DNA of 63,599 nucleotides, counting the filler, from Octopus bimaculoides (lineage: Eukaryota): the NCBI RefSeq assembly GCF_001194135.2. It is 8 parts of 7 records of this genome, joined end to end, with 100 filler letters (N's around TTAATTAATTAA, not from the genome) between each part and the next. Parts side by side here need not be neighbours in the genome. Positions count along the whole stretch, not along the records: positions 1 to 27,847 come from NC_068986.1; 7 more parts are not named here. One strand, written 5' to 3'. The notes under the pieces are model-generated. The model did no database searches. It was not told where the DNA came from and worked only from the letters and a program-made list of their open reading frames with translations. Below, piece after piece: positions 1 to 12,818 of this stretch. Made by a program: the position numbers and the translations under genes. The stretch's first letter is position 1; each line of letters opens with the position of its first letter.

Positions 1-329
1 TATATATATACATACATATAATGAATATATCCGAATATATAAGCGTAAATAGATACCTATATGAACATGTCCGCATAAACATTCACACATACAGACATAT
101 AATTTAATATTTAATATTAATAGTAACTCAACGAAGTTTCGCCATTATAACTGTCTTCTCAAAATGGCTGTGAGAAGCCAGTTTCAAAGGTAGAACTTTG
201 AAGTATTCAGTTACTATTAATATTCAATATGATGTCGAGTCTGCATACAGTGACATAGTCCATCATTCAATACATTTCAAACGCATGTTTGTGTATCAAT
301 TGCATAAACCTATTATACAAGCATATATG

Positions 330-379
<50 letters not shown>

Positions 380-532
380 CACACACACACGCACGCTCAC
401 ACACACATATAATTTATAAAGGGTGGTGGTCGGTGCGCGCGCGTGTGTGTATGTGTGTGCATGCATGTATATATGTATGAAGTGCTACTGAAGTGATTGC
501 TTGGATTTTGCGTAGCCTCTTAATTATATATA

Positions 533-722
533 TACTAGGGGGGACCGAAAAGAAACCTGAATTTTGCAATATTATTTTATTCGCTCGATTTTTACATATT
601 TACACTTTTATCGCCTTCAAAGTATTCTTCATTTGAAGCAATGCATAGGTTCAGACGCGTTTTCCACTGTTTGAAGCAGTGCTGGAACTCTTGGGAAGTG
701 ATGTTTTTAACGCTTCTGTCGT
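533..722 (-). mobile_element. Mariner transposon 3' end relic (transposase C-terminus plus TIR)
   Basis: Minus strand reads TEALK/ITSQEFQHCFKQWKTRLNLCIASNEEYFEGDKSV with one frameshift, matching the mariner C-terminal W..R...CI...GEYFEG motif. Ends in a TIR-like TA-CTAGGGGGGACCGAAAAG at ~533-560. Confidence 0.85.
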
Positions 723-978
723 TTTACATATATATATACATGTGTGTGTGNNNNNNNNNNNNNNNNNNNNNNNNNNNNNNNNNNNNNNNNNNNNNNNNNN
801 NNNNNNNNNNNNNNNNNNNNNNNNNNNNNNNNNNNNNNNNNNNNNNNNNNNNNNNNNNNNNNNNNNNNNNNNNNNNNNNNNNNNNNNNNNNNNNNNNNAA
901 TTAAAAAGGTGGCTTATTTGCAATTAGAACCTAAAAACAAAATTAATAGACGTCATAAAAGTGACGGAAGGTACTGAC

Positions 979-1488
979 TAGCACTGCTTTCGCTAAAAAT
1001 AAGAGTTAAAACAAACTCAAAAAGCCACAAAAACACTGTTTTAATGACTGCGAGGGGAGGTAAGTCCCCAGCGTACATAGTCGGATCGCGATTTCGGATT
1101 TTGATGCAGACCATCTTAATCCTCATCAGCGACTCTTAACGCTTAGAGTTAAAGTCGGTACCTTCTGTCACTTTTGTGACCTCTGTTAATTTTACCTTTA
1201 GGTTCAAATTGCTAATAAGCCACCCTTTTTAATTTGTTGTTTACACTTTTGCCGTTTTGAAAATCAGCACATCTTTTCAACGGTTTTTCTTATAAGACTG
1301 ACAGAGGTAGTTGGGGTAAACCCTAGGCGTTAAGAGTTGCTGATAAGGATTAAGATGATCCTCATCAAAATCCGAAATCACGATCCGACCATGTACGCCG
1401 GGGACTTACCTCCCTTTGTCAGTAATTAAGACTGCTTTTGCGGCTTTTTGAATTGTTTTAACTCTCATTTTTAGTAAAAGCGATGCCA
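979..1488. mobile_element. Foldback/MITE-like element with ~190-bp inverted arms
   Basis: 979-1170 is the reverse complement of 1299-1488 along its length with scattered mismatches (e.g. GGGAGGTAAGTCCCC vs GGGGACTTACCTCCC). Spacer ~130 bp. Confidence 0.85.
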
Positions 1489-1544
1489 ATCGTTATTATC
1501 TGTCAACTTGTATGTGTGTGCGTATATATATATATATATATATA

Positions 1545-1695
1545 TATATACGTATATACGACGGGCTTCTTTCAGTTTCCGGCGACCAAATCCACTCACA
1601 AGGCTTTGGTCGGCTTGGGGCCAAGGTGCCACACAGTAGGAATGAATCCGGATCTATGTGGTTGGGAAGCAAGATTCTTACCACACAACCATGCA
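1545..1695 (-). mobile_element. tRNA-derived SINE family A, 5' half
   Basis: Reverse complement matches the head/body of the copies at 28.7, 41.2 and 57.3 kb (TGTGGTAAGAA...CCTTGTGAGTGGATTTGGT...GAAACTGAAAGAAGCCCGTCG). Confidence 0.85.
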
Positions 1696-2078
1696 TAGAG
1701 CGCATTGACCAATGTGACCAGTCCTGGTTCAGAAAAATCCGTAATCTGGAATGGGTTTGGAACCAAAGTTCTGGAGAATCGATGTTGTCCCTGTAACTTT
1801 TTGAATTTGATCTTTAAACCAACTGGTGTGGCAACACTGTGATCAATTATTTTCCAAAATTGTCCATAATAAACTTCAATTATTTGATTTTAAAGAGGTT
1901 ATCATCGTTAGTAGTTGTTTTCAGATTGTAATCAGTTTAGTTTCATCTACTGCTTCCATAAATTCTCTCAAGTAATCCTAGGCTTTTAGAACTCATTATA
2001 TTACATACACGTATGTGAGATTCTACTGTATTCACATAAATATACACATGTATTCACAAGCATACTGACATACATAAC

Positions 2079-2088
2079 ATCTATCTAT

Positions 2089-2158
<70 letters not shown>
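2079..2158. repeat. (TATC)n/(TC)n compound microsatellite flanking a gap
   Basis: Direct reading. Confidence 0.95.
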
Positions 2159-3929
2159 NNNNNNNNNNNNNNNNNNNNNNNNNNNNNNNNNNNNNNNNNN
2201 NNNNNNNNNNNNNNNNNNNNNNNNNNNNNNNNNNNNNNNNNNNNNNNNNNNNNNNNNNNNNNNNNNNNNNNNNNNNNNNNNNNNNNNNNNNNNNNNNNNN
2301 NNNNNNNNNNNNNNNNNNNNNNNNNNNNNNNNNNNNNNNNNNNNNNNNNNNNNNNNNNNNNNNNNNNNNNNNNNNNNNNNNNNNNNNNNNNNNNNNNNNN
2401 NNNNNNNNNNNNNNNNNNNNNNNNNNNNNNNNNNNNNNNNNNNNNNNNNNNNNNNNNNNNNNNNNNNNNNNNNNNNNNNNNNNNNNNNNNNNNNNNNNNN
2501 NNNNNNNNNNNNNNNNNNNNNNNNNNNNNNNNNNNNNNNNNNNNNNNNNNNNNNNNNNNNNNNNNNNNNNNNNNNNNNNNNNNNNNNNNNNNNNNNNNNN
2601 NNNNNNNNNNNNNNNNNNNNNNNNNNNNNNNNNNNNNNNNNNNNNNNNNNNNNNNNNNNNNNNNNNNNNNNNNNNNNNNNNNNNNNNNNNNNNNNNNNNN
2701 NNNNNNNNNNNNNNNNNNNNNNNNNNNNNNNNNNNNNNNNNNNNNNNNNNNNNNNNNNNNNNNNNNNNNNNNNNNNNNNNNNNNNNNNNNNNNNNNNNNN
2801 NNNNNNNNNNNNNNNNNNNNNNNNNNNNNNNNNNNNNNNNNNNNNNNNNNNNNNNNNNNNNNNNNNNNNNNNNNNNNNNNNNNNNNNNNNNNNNNNNNNN
2901 NNNNNNNNNNNNNNNNNNNNNNNNNNNNNNNNNNNNNNNNNNNNNNNNNNNNNNNNNNNNNNNNNNNNNNNNNNNNNNNNNNNNNNNNNNNNNTATATAT
3001 ATATGTATGTATGTATATACGTATGCACACACACACACACGCACATACACACATATATATATACACAAATGTAGATATATATACTATTTGTACGTATATG
3101 TGTATACTATAGTTGTAGCTGTAATCAGAAAATGCAACAATGTTTTGAAATGCGAAATGTCAAAGGTGACAGGTGAAAACTAATAGGTCATATATCCGAC
3201 AGTATTGCTGATTGGTGGTATGATAGAGACAGAAGAATTGAATGGAATTAGGGAAGGAAGAACTGGAAGATATAAAAGAAGGTAAGGAAATCGGTGAGGG
3301 CGAAGGGGCAAAGAGAGGGGTAGGGGGAAAGGAGAAGGCGAAATAGGGTTGAAGGGTTCAAGTGTGATGAGAATATATTTGTAGTAGTGATTATGATGGT
3401 GTTGGTGAGGTGTTAGAAGTTGTGGCTGTGTAGGTTGTAGTGGTGGTACTGTGATGGTAGGTAATGGTGTGTGTGATAGTAGAGATGCTGATGATGGTGT
3501 TGGCTCATTTATGGCTTAGTTGTTGCCGTTATTGATATTTAACTCTAGGACGCAATGGTCGAACAAACTTATCACTGAAAGATATTCTAACCATGTCATC
3601 CCCGTCCTTTATTCAAACAACATGTAATTACATCCTTCAATCAATCTCTTACATTTTATAAGCATCAAGGTGGGAATTAATTGCGATACGAGAAATATAT
3701 TGCAGCGATTTCTAATAGATATAGAAATCGAGTAGAAACTTTGTCGATGACGTGTGAAAATCTCGTTTACTGTTGATTACGTCATCACTTGGCTGAGGTC
3801 ATCTTGTGGAGATTAAGCATTACAACCTAGTTATTGATAGTAAGTAATGCTAAATAGTTGATTGTGAAGATTGTGCTTAAAGTGGAGAAGGGCCAACGTA
3901 CCATAATCATGGATCGTGTTCAAACGATG

Positions 3930-4200
3930 AAGCCTGTATGTGAATGCTCCACTTGCTAAGAATAGCAAATAAATCTTCCTGAAATCACACCCAATCGTCT
4001 TAAAAAGGGGGAAATACTTTGGATTACGTAGTTCTATGTATGTCTGAATAAAGCATGTGATGCATTAATGCAGTCCTAGATAAACTATAGGGAAAGGAAG
4101 GAGAGATTGGATAACGTAGTCTGAAAATACAAGATGGTGATTGCTGGAGCACTTTGATGAGGGATTTGCTCATTCATGGCTCATCTGTGTTTCATCAACG
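3930..4200 (+). mobile_element. Dispersed SINE-tail-like repeat fragment
   Basis: CTTGCTAAGAATAGC...GAAATCACACCC...GTCTTAAAAAG recurs at ~14040-14160 (+), ~34820-35050 (-) and ~54830-55010 (-). Confidence 0.55.
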
Positions 4201-5319
4201 ACACACAACGTCAAAAACAACAGCTACAACATCATCCAGAAGATACCAACAACGAGCACAACATTAGTAAGAAAAAGAACAACAACCATGTGTATATAGG
4301 GAATCAGTGTAGAAGGTAGTGAAAGTGTTCTAACACATTTTTTTCAACAGTTGTTTCCATCACCATGAAAACGACGATTAAAAACAAAAAACACATTTTG
4401 CTTTTCTTTACATAAGAATTTCACGTTACTGTAGCTCACTGTTTCATTAACAAAATAACACAACCACTCGAGTCAGTTACCTAATCAATAAATAACCATA
4501 GTTTCCGAATACTACTGGTACTTATTTTAACGACTTTAGACAGAAAAAAACCCCCTGAAATCACCATTGATAAATTTCAAACATTAAGTGATGAGACAGT
4601 ATATGGTGCAGTTCTGTAATGCATAATCTACCAGAAACCTATAATCCACCCGTTGTCTTTTTATAAAAACTGAGAATGCTGACTTTATGAGAAACCAGAA
4701 GTTATGAGATTGACATACTTAGCTTACAGTTGCAAGGACTGGTTTAGAAACAGTTCTGTAGCATAGCTGTCAACAAAACAGCGTACACGTGAAAAGGTAT
4801 GTAAATTATCGAGTTCTTGGATCGATTCTTCGAGGAGACTATTAAATCGTGTGTATATAACGCAGTCTATTACTGCTGCTCTCCACCTAAATGCAGCATT
4901 TTACATTAGTACAGAGGCTGTAAGGTATATTAATTATAAATCACGGACTTACTCACACGATCGTGCGCAATGTACACATATACTTAAATACGTCCTTGTA
5001 TTATATGCGTGTACCTCTATCCCTATATATTTACGCTCTGTATACGATAATGTGTGTATGTGTACGCATGTATGTTTGAATGTATGTATGCATGGATGTA
5101 TAGACAGATGTGGGGGTGTCTGTCTGTGTGTAAAATTTTGATTGTTCCTTTTATTTCGTGCTCTTTTAGTGTATAGAGTTTCTTAATGAAAGCCAACCTT
5201 TGACCTTCCACAAAGCATGAGAACCGTAAGACCGTGAAGAATTTATCTAAAATTGAATAGAAGACATGTTATAGAGAAAAGCTAGGCTGTGTGGAAAAAT
5301 AAACACACGGTGGCGGAAA

Positions 5320-5660
5320 GGAAAGAAGAAAGAAATACAGAAAGAAAGAAGGAAGGAAAGGAAAAAAAGAAAGAGACGAAGAGAGAAAGAGACGAAGAGA
5401 GAAAGAGTCTAGGAAAGAAAGAGTCAAGGAAAGAAAGAAGGAAGAAATATTGCGTGAAAGGTGAAAAGAAAAATATTACAAGACAAAGAAAGACAGAAAC
5501 AAAGATATAAACAATAACAATAGGACTATATAGAAAGAAAAAACAAGCGAAAGAAAGAAGAATAGACAATGAGAAAAGAAAACAGAGACATAGAATATAA
5601 GAGATGATGGCGGCGGTGGGAGTGGTGGTGGTGGTGGTGGTAGTGGTAGTGATAGTGGGA
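5320..5660. repeat. Purine-rich (GAAA/GAGA) low-complexity tract followed by (GTG)n
   Basis: Direct reading. Explains the K/E/R-rich and F/L/S-rich pseudo-ORFs. Confidence 0.9.
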
Positions 5661-6164
5661 GAAATGTTTGCAAGAAGAGATATCGGAAGTTCTTGCATGT
5701 TAGAGTTTTAGTTAAAGATTTTGCTATTCAAATGTATTCTGCTGTAAATTGTATTGAAATACCGACTTGGAGATATCCAGACATTAAAAGAAAAAACGAA
5801 GACAATAAGCAAAACAACTGAATGAAATATTTTTATTTATTTCCAAATTCTATATTTATTTCCAGTAATTATGCTGTGTCGTTGTTTTTCAATCAAATTT
5901 CTATTAAAAACAATTCCTATTGTCTAATATTTCACTTCTTATCAACCAATGAATCGTTATATTCCAGCGAGGGCGCCATTAAAGCTGCTAACTCAGCAAG
6001 GCTGTTATTTTTCCCACTCAACGTTTGGTGAAGCCCATTGTTTTCGGATTCGACCTTGCTCTATGCTTTTACCACATTCTTCAACATGGCTCACTCTTTT
6101 AGGCTTCTCTTTCAATGGCATCGCTCTTCTAAAACGAAACATCAATATCACAATTCTGAATGAA

Positions 6165-7410
6165 GGTGGTGGTGGTGGTGGTGGTGACAATGGTGATGGT
6201 GTTAGTGGTGGTGGTGTGTTCATATTTTTAATGGTCGTGATTGCGTTAATGGCAAATAATCTTATGTTGGTTGTAGTAGTTCTTGTGATGGTGATGGTGA
6301 TGGTAGCGGTGGTAGTGATGGTTATGGCGAGGACGAAAATGGTGATTGTATTGATGGTTGTGATGGTGGTGGTGGTGGTTGTGGGTGATGGTAATGGTGG
6401 TTGGGTGGTGGTGGTGGTGGTGGTGGTAGAGTGAAGGTAGTGTTAATGGTGGCAGAGGTGGTGCCGATGGTGAATATGGAGGCAATGGTAGTGTTGCTGA
6501 TGGTGGTGGTGGTGTTTGCAATGGTGCTTGTGATGTTGATCGTGATGTTGATCGTGATGATAGTGGTCATGATGTTTACTGTTGTGCATATGATCATATT
6601 CATGGTGATGGTATGTATGTCTTTCATTTTAACAACCGGTATGGGTCTGGAAGGGATGGTGGAAGGGCTGCGGATGTTTGCTGTTGCTAGTGTTGTTATC
6701 GGTGGTGCGGCAATGGGTTAGTGACAGTAATGATGTTAGTGGTACTAGTGTTAGCAGTGGTGGTATTAGTAGTGGTGGTATTAGTGGTGGTGGTGGTGTT
6801 AGCGGTAATGGTGTTAGTGATGGTAGAGTTAAATGGCGGTTATAGTGGTGATGGTGTTAGTAGTGGTGGTGTTAGTGGAGGTGGTGTTAGTGGTAGTAGT
6901 TTTAGTGGTGATCGTGTTAGCAGGAGGATGTTAGTGGTGGTGGTGGTGGTGGTGTTAGTGGAGGTGGCGTTAGTGGTGGTGGTGTTAGTGGTGGATGGTG
7001 GTGGTGGTGGTGGTGGTGTTAGTGGTGGCNNNNNNNNNNNNNNNNNNNNNNNNNNNNNNNNNNNNNNNNNNNNNNNNNNNNNNNNNNNNNNNNNNNNNNN
7101 NNNNNNNNNNNTCGTGGAGGTTGTGGCAGTCGAAGCGGTGTTAGTGGTGGTGGTGTTAGTGGCGGTGGTGTTACTGGAAGTGGTGTTAGTGGTGGTGGTG
7201 TTAGTGGAGGTTGTGATAGTGGAGGTGGTGGTGGTGTTAGGGGAAATGGTGTTAGTGGTGGTGGTGTTAGTGGAGGTTGTGGTAGTGGAGGTGGTGTTAG
7301 TGGTAGTTGTGTTAGTGGTGGTGATGTAACCAGTGGTGGTATTTGTGGTTATGGTGCTAGCGGTAGTGGCGTTAGTGGTGATGCTGTTAGTAGTTGTGAT
7401 GTTAGTGGTG
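6165..7410. repeat. GTG/TAG triplet-based minisatellite (unit ~GTGTTAGTGGTG[GTG])
   Basis: Reiterated TTAGTGGTGGTG units, clearest at 6720-7400. Generates the poly-Val pseudo-ORFs. Confidence 0.9.
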
Positions 7411-8169
7411 GTAGTGTTAAATGGCGGTGACGATACTATTCCTCTTTCCTACTATTAATTACCCTAATATTTACAGCGATGCCAATGTAGGACTGTTTGT
7501 GATGGAGTGATGTTGTCAATTGGTGGCCTGGTGTGCGTAATATTTGTAATGGCGGTGTGGTAATGCTGGATTTCTTGTTTTATTGTTGATTGTTGTTTTC
7601 GTTTCGCTCGTTGCAATGATAATGGTAATTAAACTATGTTAATTACTTCAAATTAGTGATCGTTCTTGGTGCGTCGTTGCAACTCGGTGCAAATCAAGGC
7701 ATTTCGTTCTTTAAGCACTGGATGGTGGCTTTTCTCGCTGATGTATAAAAGTGTTTATGATATATTTATTTACTAGTATATATATCATATACCGATATAC
7801 ATCGGCATATGATACACTCATGCATACATAGATACATATACACATATACGCATACATACATTCATACACGCATACATACATTCATCATGCAGGCATACAT
7901 ACATATATATGTTCACACATGCCACCTGCTGGCAACTTTTTTCGGTCTTCAAGAGGTTATTTACCCAACTTTCTAGGTTGTTTTCACAGCTAATCTACGT
8001 CCGAAATTCACTTTCTTTTCTTTAAAATACCAACCCACTCGACGCTTCTAAGTTTGTTTATAAAAATGTTCACATGTATATGCTTGCATAACTTATACAT
8101 ATACACATACATTCTAAAAAATATTAAAAATCCGAAACAAATACAGCTTCTATATTAAACCAAAAGCAC

Positions 8170-8605
8170 ACAATTATGACGGGATCCTTGAGGCTGAGAT
8201 TAAAAATTTCAAGATAGGAAGCACCAGGAAGAGACTTGATAGTCGAACAATGGCAAGAAAAGACTTTTATCGGCGGTAGCGTACTGAAATTTATCTGCAA
8301 GCTTTCAGTTGAGACATAATGGTACCAAGTGGGTTTAGTGCTGGTAGAAACAAACTAATACCTAAAAACAATGCCACTCACATGACATGAAGCTACCGAC
8401 CAGTTGCACACCAGGCTCTCATGTATAAAATGTATACACCGTATCTGAGCCTATTCTTCAAAGATCATCGTGATACCAATATAATCAGATTTGAACAAGC
8501 AGATGGAAAGAAAGGAGTTTGGATATATGCTGAACAACTATTGATTATGCGCATGTACACACACACCCATGCACACAGACACACACACACACACATGCAC
8601 GCACG

Positions 8606-8650
<45 letters not shown>

Positions 8651-9700
8651 NNNNNNNNNNNNNNNNNNNNNNNNNNNNNNNNNNNNNNNNNNNNNNNNNN
8701 NNNNNNNNNNNNNNNNNNNNNNNNNNNNNNATATATATATATAAAGTAAAGTTGTGGAATACCGTACGAGTGGAAATATATATGAAAGAAGGTTTATATA
8801 TATATATATAGATAGATAGATAAGCACATTCGCTTATATGTATAACTATATATAATGTATGTATGTATGTATATATGTATGTATGTATGCATGTATGTAT
8901 GTATGTATGTATGTATGTATGTATGTATGTATGTGTATGTATAAACTATGTCAAATGGTGCAAGGTAAAGGAGAAACTTGTTCACAGTCTTGCTGGACTA
9001 CAAGAAAGCATTTAATTCTGTTCTCTTTTGCAGATGCAGGATCTACTATCAAGGCCATAGGGCAATCTGATTTTGTCTTGGCCACCATTCTGGAGGTCAG
9101 TATAGGAAATGGTTACTTGTCACTGACAATCAGTATCGCAGAAGAATATTAGAAAGGGACAGTTCATCGGTGATGATGTTATTACTTTCACTATACTCCT
9201 ACCTCTGAAAAATATGTGATTAGTTCACAGGAAGATAGAAACACCAATCTAAAATACTACTTCTGTAAGGATGACCTGAAAATATACGCTAAGTATGTAG
9301 AAGATGTGAAGAAAACCTTTAGCCTGGTTAAAGCATTCTCAACATATATAGGGATGGAAATAAGACAGCTTAAATGCACTAGAGTGGTTGTTCCGAAACG
9401 AAGAACTGCAAGCCATTCGAAAAATGCCTTGACTATTTCTCCAATATCTGATGAGGCCTGCTATAGGTGCATACAGATGGATGTAAATATATCCCATGAT
9501 GAAACTTGTAACAAGAAAAACGTAACAAGGGAATACAGACCAGGGTAAAGAAAATATGAGCCTCGGAATTTTCTGAGTACAATAAATCAACAGCCCTCAG
9601 TGTCTTTGCTATACCAGTGTTCGTACTAATACCTGGGCTACTCGATTTGACGCTAGATGAAATTGGACTCGGTAGCAATGTTGAAAAACTGGGATTCACA
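8170..9700 (+). mobile_element. Decayed R4/Dong-like non-LTR retrotransposon RT region, split by a microsatellite block
   Basis: Successive RT motifs: LIPKNN...YRPVAHQALMYKMYT...EQADGKKGVW (8.33-8.54 kb), NLFTVLLDYKKAF (~8.97 kb), FCKDDLKIYAK...FSTYIGME (ORF 9216-9548), RVKKI*ASEFSEYNK..FAIPV. Many stops and frameshifts. Confidence 0.8.
8547..8945. repeat. (CA)n/(TA)n/(TATG)n microsatellite block inside the R4-like RT
   Basis: Direct reading. RT motifs resume after the block. Confidence 0.9.
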
Positions 9701-9842
9701 AAACTGTAAAGAACACATTATGTAAAAACACTACAAGCTAGCAAAAGTACGGTCAAAATATGTAAAACAGTCAAGAAGTTTAGTGTGAAATAAGATCGAC
9801 ATATGCGGCGATATTCATGACTACACTCATGCATGCATGCAT

Positions 9843-9910
<68 letters not shown>

Positions 9911-10379
9911 NNNNNNNNNNNNNNNNNNNNNNNNNNNNNNNNNNNNNNNNNNNNNNNNNNNNNNNNNNNNNNNNNNNNNNNNNNNNNNNNNNNNNNNNNN
10001 NNNNNNNNNNNNNNNNNNNNNNNNNNNNNNNNNNNNNNNNNNNNNNNNNNNNNNNNNNNNNNNNNNNNNNNNNNNNNNNNNNNNNNNNNNNNNNNNNNNN
10101 NNNNNNNNNNNNNNNNNNNNNNNNNNNNNNNNNNNNNNNNNNNNNNNNNNNNNNNNNNNNNNNNNNNNNNNNNNNNNNNNNNNNNNNNNNNNNNNNNNNN
10201 NNNNNNNNNNNNNNNNNNNNNNNNNNNNNNNNNNNNNNNNNNNNNNNNNNNNNNNNNNNNNNNNNNNNNNNNNNNNNNNNNNNNNNNNNNNNNNNNNNNT
10301 ATATATATATATATATATATATATATGCATACATGTGTGATATACATAGACATACATTCACACATATGCACATGCTAAA

Positions 10380-11370
10380 AATGTGCCGAATTGTCGAGAA
10401 TGTGGCTTAATTTGGTATCATTAATTTGGATCGAATGTTTATCAGAATTTAAGGCATGTGATACAGATGCTCAAATAATAATAAGAAAGTACTGGAGACA
10501 AAGGGTAACAGTAAGAATTGATTGAGAGAAAAATCTCATAATTCAAAATCAAGAAAGGAGTCCGACAATGTATGTACTATCCCCTTGCCTATTTGAATTA
10601 TATACTGAGACCTTCAGATCTGAAAAAATACTCAGTGTCAACAAGAGATATGAACATCAACAACTTTACATATGTAGATAATACTGCCTTATTAACATTC
10701 AAAAGAGTTGATTTATAGATCCTTTTAAATGACAATGTCCAATGGAAAAGAAGTGAATGTAAGTAAAAGATCAATGTTAATCCGCAGCAAACAACACTCA
10801 TCCGAAGTAATATTACATTTGAGGGGAAAATCAATTAAATAGACACCAAAGCTAATATACTTGGAATATATTCAATCTGAAAACGTGAATCAAAAATCAA
10901 ACGAAGAACTGAGGTAGAGAGAAAGTCATTGAAAAAAAAAATGTCAAACATCATGAAACATTAATACTGAAACTGAAAAAAAAAAAATGAAATGAAAAAA
11001 GATTATTAAAATGTTATTATATATGGAGCTGAAACATAGAAATTAGCAAAAGTATTATCAAATCGATTAGGAGCTTTTGAGATGTGGCCATATAGAAGAC
11101 AAAGAATAACAAAAGCAGAGAAAATTCTATAGGAGAAAGAGAGAAAACAAAATTTATTTTGGATATCTAAATGGAAAAAAGTGGTTTACAGAATCTGTTG
11201 ATGGAAGGTAAAATTAATGGGAAAAGAGAAAGAGGGAAACCACGAATTTCATGGATGGAAAATACCAAGAATTACACTGACTTAAAATGCAGTGAAAGCC
11301 AAGAAAGATCGAGAAGAAAGAACGAGAAAGCGATCGATGGTAGTCAATGTACAGCGAACAATAGCTAATG
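10380..11370 (+). mobile_element. Decayed RTE-clade LINE (RT C-terminal half to 3' end)
   Basis: FKIKKGVRQ, NINNFTYVDNTALL (YADD-like), LYGAET, LGAFEMWPYRR, LLMEGKINGKRERGKPRISWMEN (ORF 11171-11368). Confidence 0.85.
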
Positions 11371-12099
11371 ATTTTCTTTTATGTATTTTTGAAATTTGAA
11401 TGACTTAATCAGAAGAGGGTATTGAAATGACCCTTTCAAGGCGTTTGAAGTTTTCCTCAGTTTAAAGACTGGGTCTGAATATTCAAGAAATAGAGTGGAC
11501 ACCAACAAAAATACTCTGGGGGTGGGAAGAGTTAGTGTGCTGTTGAATAGGAAGATGCATTAAGTCCACTACGCAAGTTATTTCAGTACTTGGTGTGTTT
11601 TCTCTTCAAAAGTTACTCATCTTCTCCCCCTCTCTTCCACTGAAAAGAGATTTTATCGTTCAGTTTAGATAATCTCTAAAACTTGTATTTAGATTAAGGT
11701 CGAAGATCGTCATCAGTCGACCTTGAACGGTGCCAGTGTTGCAAAGCAAGCAGAACTAAACAAACAGTAGAATGGTTGTTTAGAGTTTTGGGGCTGTTTG
11801 ACCTCAAAGAAATGGTCATTGCCAAACATCAAAGGAATATAAAAGCAGTAACGTTCAGCATGTTTTGAAAGTGTAGTGGGGTGGGGAGGCTGTTGATGCA
11901 GTTCTGAGCAGATTAATTGAATAGATGTCGCTATTCTAAGTAATTATTCCACCCTACCAAACTATAAAAATACTTTCAAACAATCAATAGACAAAATATT
12001 GGATATAATTAACTCATTTAACGACCACTTCAAAGACCAGATTTCTTGCTGTCCTATAAAATTAGATTCAGAAGATTAATGCTATTGTTGATGTTGCTG

Positions 12100-12122
12100 C
12101 TGCTGCTGCAGTTGCTGTCGCT

Positions 12123-12178
<56 letters not shown>

Positions 12179-12182
12179 TGGT
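12100..12182. repeat. (GCT)n/(GTA)n triplet microsatellite
   Basis: Direct reading. A further (GAT)/(GAC)n run lies at 12553-12630. Confidence 0.95.
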
Positions 12183-12571
12183 TGCTGTGGTTGATATTGC
12201 AGTTAGTAGTTAACAATGTCGATGTTTATAATATAGATGCAGCAGCTGATGATAGCGCTGGTGGTGGAGGTGGCTGTGTGATGGCGATTGTGCTTGTGAT
12301 GCTGGTGATGAAGATGGTAGTGATAGTGGTGATGCTGATGTTGAGTCATAATATTGGAATAAATGAAAAGCTGACCTCTCCTCAGAAGAGCCGAAGGTTC
12401 GTATTAAGTCTACGGCAAAGGAATCCCAGATCTTCACCACCACAGGCATTGATGTGCTGAACTAACTGCGCACAGATTTCGAATCGCATCCTCACTTCTG
12501 ACTTCGTATGCAATACATTTTATAACGATGTTGTAGCTTTTGCTGTTGTTATTGATGATGATGATGATGAT

Positions 12572-12628
<57 letters not shown>

Positions 12629-12766
12629 AGCGTTAGTGTTGTCATCGTTGTTGTTACTCCTATTCCTGTTGTTTAAGCTCATCTCATTCAATCCCCGGTT
12701 AATGTTATTCCTATCACCAAAGAGAGTCCAGCGATGACCATCTCGTCTATTTTACTTGAGACCACA

Positions 12767-12818
12767 TTATCCAATGCGTTCGTCATTTCTAAACCAGAAG
12801 CATGGATATTTAGGTAAA
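12767..12818 (-). CDS. Candidate exon of an unknown minus-strand gene
   Basis: Strong acceptor TTTTGTTTTCTTCTTGGATTTATTTCAG at 12819-12846 (minus). Reads LPKYPCFWFRNDERIG* or, in another phase, YLNIHASGLEMTNALDNVVSSKIDEMVIAGLSLVIGITLTGD*. No homology recognised. Confidence 0.25.

Noticed and set aside
6720-7400. Telomere-like TTAG-containing repeats
   Set aside because: Units are TTAGTG(GTG)n, not TTAGGG. This is a triplet-derived minisatellite.
11697-11730. Hairpin AAGGTCGA...TCGACCTT enclosing CTGATGA on the minus strand
   Set aside because: No GAAA or UH arrangement, so not a hammerhead.
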